Notes under the pieces: generated by a model
Databases searched by the model: none
Seen by the model: the letters and a program-made list of their open reading frames with translations, nothing else
Told to the model about the DNA's origin: nothing
Source of the DNA: Gekko japonicus
Lineage: Eukaryota
Assembly: GCF_001447785.1 (NCBI RefSeq)
Contig: NW_015163107.1
Coordinates: 711,326 to 775,325, forward strand
Reading direction: 5' to 3'
Length of the DNA stretch: 64,000 nt
Shown: positions 61,063-64,000 of the stretch, one piece after another
Layout: every line of letters starts with the position of its first letter
How positions within the stretch are numbered: the first letter of the stretch is position 1
Position numbers and translations under genes: made by a program

Positions 61063-61145
61063 GTAGGGGGGATGAGGAGGTGTCCCATCCTTGTGGAGGG
61101 GTGGAGGGAGGGAATCCGAAATAAGTTTGTGGGAAAGAAATTACT

Positions 61146-61331
61146 GACCTGTTCCGTACTGTCATTTTTGTCACTCTTTTGTCCCTATTGCTTTGGGTAC
61201 CCCCCCCCCCTCCATCCACATGTGTTTTCTTCCTCTGGGACTACTAGAGAGTCCAAAACACATTGGGGGGGAGGGGAAACCCTGAAGCAATAGGGACAAA
61301 TGAGTGACAAAAATGACAATGTGGAAGAGCC
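61146..61331. mobile_element. Fold-back MITE (Harbinger-like termini)
   Basis: Inverted arms TGTCATTTTTGTCACTC..TTTGTCCCTATTGCTT / AAGCAATAGGGACAAA..GAGTGACAAAAATGACA. Confidence 0.75.
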
Positions 61332-62447
61332 CGTTGTGTTGTGGAAGTTTATATGCAAGTACTGTAAGATCTGTGTCATAGCTAATGGTCTGGACTCTTT
61401 TATTGCCTGGGATTATTAATTTACAGAGCATGCTTTACTAAAGTGGCTAAGAGTGTCGTTCTATGTGCACTCCTTTGGGAGAAAGCCCAATTGAACTGAA
61501 AAATAAAGTGTGATGGGATCTAAACGACTAAGAAAATGCCGCTGCCCTCCTGCTTATTTTTTTCATTGAGCTGACTAATGTCTCTAAAACTCTGGGATTA
61601 CTTGATGTCTGTGGAGCATATTTCCAAGTAAACAGGCAAAGGGATGGAAGAATTCATTCCTTGCTTCTAAACTGAGTAAAAATCTGCCCTCTGAATAAAT
61701 TTACCTACGTCACTAAAAAGAAATTAGAATGAGTCAACACTTCCATACGTTACAGTGGGCTTTTCTGCATACTTGATTTACTCCTGATTTTCTTGGCAGC
61801 CAGTCCACAGGTACTGGAATTGGTCTGGACATGGTTCTTCCAGACATCGGCCCTCCCTCTGCGTTTTCACACTTGTGGAGTCAGTTTATTTTCTTACACA
61901 GGCACCTTAAATAAACCCAATTTTCAAGGGAGGATGCTGTCATTATTGGTGTCAGAGCACACACACACACTTTTATTTTTGCGCACACTTAGATTGGTAC
62001 ATTGATGTTATGGCTGATTTTTTAAGATTGAAAATGAACACAGGCTAGAGCTAAAGTGAGAGAGCACCCAGGCTCCATTGACACCTGCAAGACTGCTGGA
62101 GGGCAAGGGTAGCTTTCTCAGGGCTGGGGGCTAAAGCTGGCTATTGGGAGGGTCAGTGCCTTTCTACAGGGAAGCCTAATATGGGAGCAGCTCTGCCACC
62201 CATCTACTTCTGAATGAAGTGCTGTGTCCCTTTCAAACTGCACTGCTTTTTTTCTAGCACCAGAAGTGGCCACCCTCCACATACCGTAGTTATATCTGTA
62301 TACTGTTTTAATTATAGGTTTAGGGGATAAAGGAAAAAGACATATCTCTGCCAGGAAATGAGTTAGAGGCTTTTTAAAAAATGAAATCTGGGAACTGAGC
62401 AAATCTGCTACTCATCATTACAATGGAATATCAATATAACAATCAGT

Positions 62448-62717
62448 CAGACCCGTAGCTACAGGGGGGTGTTTTGGGGCCAGCCCCCCCCCCCGACATA
62501 CCACCCAGACCTCCCAACTTCCCAACCAGCAGGTTTATTTTATTTTTCTTGCATGCCACAGCTTTGCCGTGCTGAGCTGTTGCCCTGCCCGCCAGCAGTG
62601 TACCATCCCTCTCTTGTAGCGTTCCCCCCCTTTAATTTTACTCTCATCACTCCTGACACAGTGCCCCTCAACTTATTTAAATGTCCCCCAAAGTCAAAAA
62701 TCCTGGCTACGACCCTG
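62448..62717. mobile_element. hAT-like MITE (CAGGCCCGTAGC family)
   Basis: Termini CAGACCCGTAGCTACAG / AAAATCCTGGCTACGACCCTG as in 31539-31708. Confidence 0.75.
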
Positions 62718-64000
62718 ACTATAAGGGTTGTATTTTTTTCAAAATCTAAAATGAAACCACATGTCTTCAGGGCAGGTTTGACGATGATGGCTGTCCAATC
62801 ATCAACAAGTGGGCTGGAGGTGGGTGGGAGTAGGTGGAACAAAGAAAACAGACAGAAACATTGTGCATTGAGGTGACTCAAAATCAGCTTCCAGAAAAAG
62901 ATTGGGGTAAAAGTGGTCTCAAAAGAACCGAGGGGAGTGGGAGGAGAAACGAAATGAAGCAAAAACTGAAGGCACAAAAATGCATGTGGAAATCAGGGGA
63001 TAAACTGAAGCAGCATGGGGCCAGAACTGATTTAAAAAACCATACAAAAAAAGCCCAGTGTGTTTTCAAGATGGAACAGCAGTTAACTTGGTTTACATAC
63101 TCCTGCAAAACCTTTGCTAACACAGGTATTCTTGCTTTGAGCCACAACTGACTGCCTCCCTGATCTAATTCATAGGAAAACTGTAACATTGGCTAGAGTA
63201 TACAAATGGCTAATGGTTCTCTTCCACTAAATTCCACCATGTTCAATGGGGCTTCCTCTCAGGTTAAGTACGCATAGGATTCTAATTGGCATAAGCCCCA
63301 CCAAGTTTAGGACTTCTGAGGAAGCATGCATAGGATCAAGAGGGTACATTGAAATAAACCCAGTCAAATAAATGGCACCTGCCTCCAAATAAACTGGTTT
63401 AGAATTTTCAGTTGTGCAAATAAAAAATTACAAAAATGCAATTCTGTATCTTATTCTTATTGTGCTGCTGCCAAACCCAAATGGCTTTCAAACAGCCTTG
63501 TCACCCAGAATTCTAGCCAAATAATTCCCAAACTGTGTGATGAGACATAGTGGTGTGAGGTAAGAACCAATCAAAGATTCTTTGAGCCCAACATACAAAT
63601 ACACCAAGGTGGTTTGCATGATACATCTCTGTATGATTTGCTGCCCTGGCCTTGCTTTCTTCCAGCCAGCTTCTGCATCCAGTATGATTGGATCCCTATG
63701 CAGAAATGCAGCAGAGGTGCCCACTCCTAGAGGAGTCTGCACATCCTGCATGTCACCTCTCTGGTCTTTCCACCTTCCAGTCAAGATGTACAGAGTTTCA
63801 GGATAAGTAGAAACTCAAGCAGCAGATTCCACCAAGTGTGATTAATTCTTGTAGTTGTAAGAATGCCTCCAGTTCCGAAGTATCAGATGTCTGGAAATAA
63901 CAGCATAATTCTTTCAAGCTATCAAAAAGGATCAGTAGTTTTTGCCTATAATGAAGGCTGTAATCTGCCCATGCAAAATATATTTCAAGTCACAATGATC

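Larger units (their letters stand above)
60780..61070. promoter_or_regulatory. CpG-island bidirectional promoter GTF2H5 / SERAC1
   Basis: CpG-dense; ETS/GABPA ACCGGAAG 60855-60862, CCAAT box (ATTGG) 60937-60941, NRF1-like TGCGCGTGCGTA 60957-60968, GC box GGGGCGG 60978-60984; outward-facing donors on both strands. Confidence 0.85.

Noticed and set aside
63582-63806. CMICC motif resembling the SERAC1 N-terminus (YCVICC)
   Set aside because: Flanking residues do not match and no suitable splice sites; probably chance

Overview
Vertebrate (squamate reptile, most likely a gecko, judged from Sauria SINE and Squam3-type SINE content) genomic DNA covering the conserved TULP4-GTF2H5-SERAC1 block. Minus strand: the 5' part of TULP4 (a probable non-coding first exon near 45.7-46.3 kb, a ~43 kb intron, then one 2,246-nt exon at 78-2323 holding a ~2 kb uORF-rich leader and codons 1-84) and the complete three-exon GTF2H5 (TFIIH p8/TTDA) gene at ~57.6-60.9 kb. 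A CpG-rich bidirectional promoter at ~60.8-61.1 kb probably also drives SERAC1 on the plus strand (inferred from synteny; no SERAC1 coding exon recognised). The rest is mostly transposon-derived: L2, L1, CR1, a DIRS gag fragment, Penelope remnants with hammerhead-ribozyme motifs, Sauria/Squam3 SINEs and many hAT and PIF/Harbinger MITEs with verifiable target-site duplications. Most notable observations: (1) an apparent 5-nt deletion frameshifts the GTF2H5 C-terminus (97 aa instead of 71; real or assembly error); (2) the giant TULP4 exon matches the circTulp4 exon and would encode a 95-aa product across the back-splice junction; (3) a decayed Penelope hammerhead lies in TULP4 sense orientation; (4) an L1-like tail is flanked by a ~94-bp duplication; (5) a local duplication preserves both the filled and the empty site of a hAT MITE. 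I found no firm evidence of a wholly new biological system. All coordinates were read by hand and repeat family names rest on motif recognition, not database searches.
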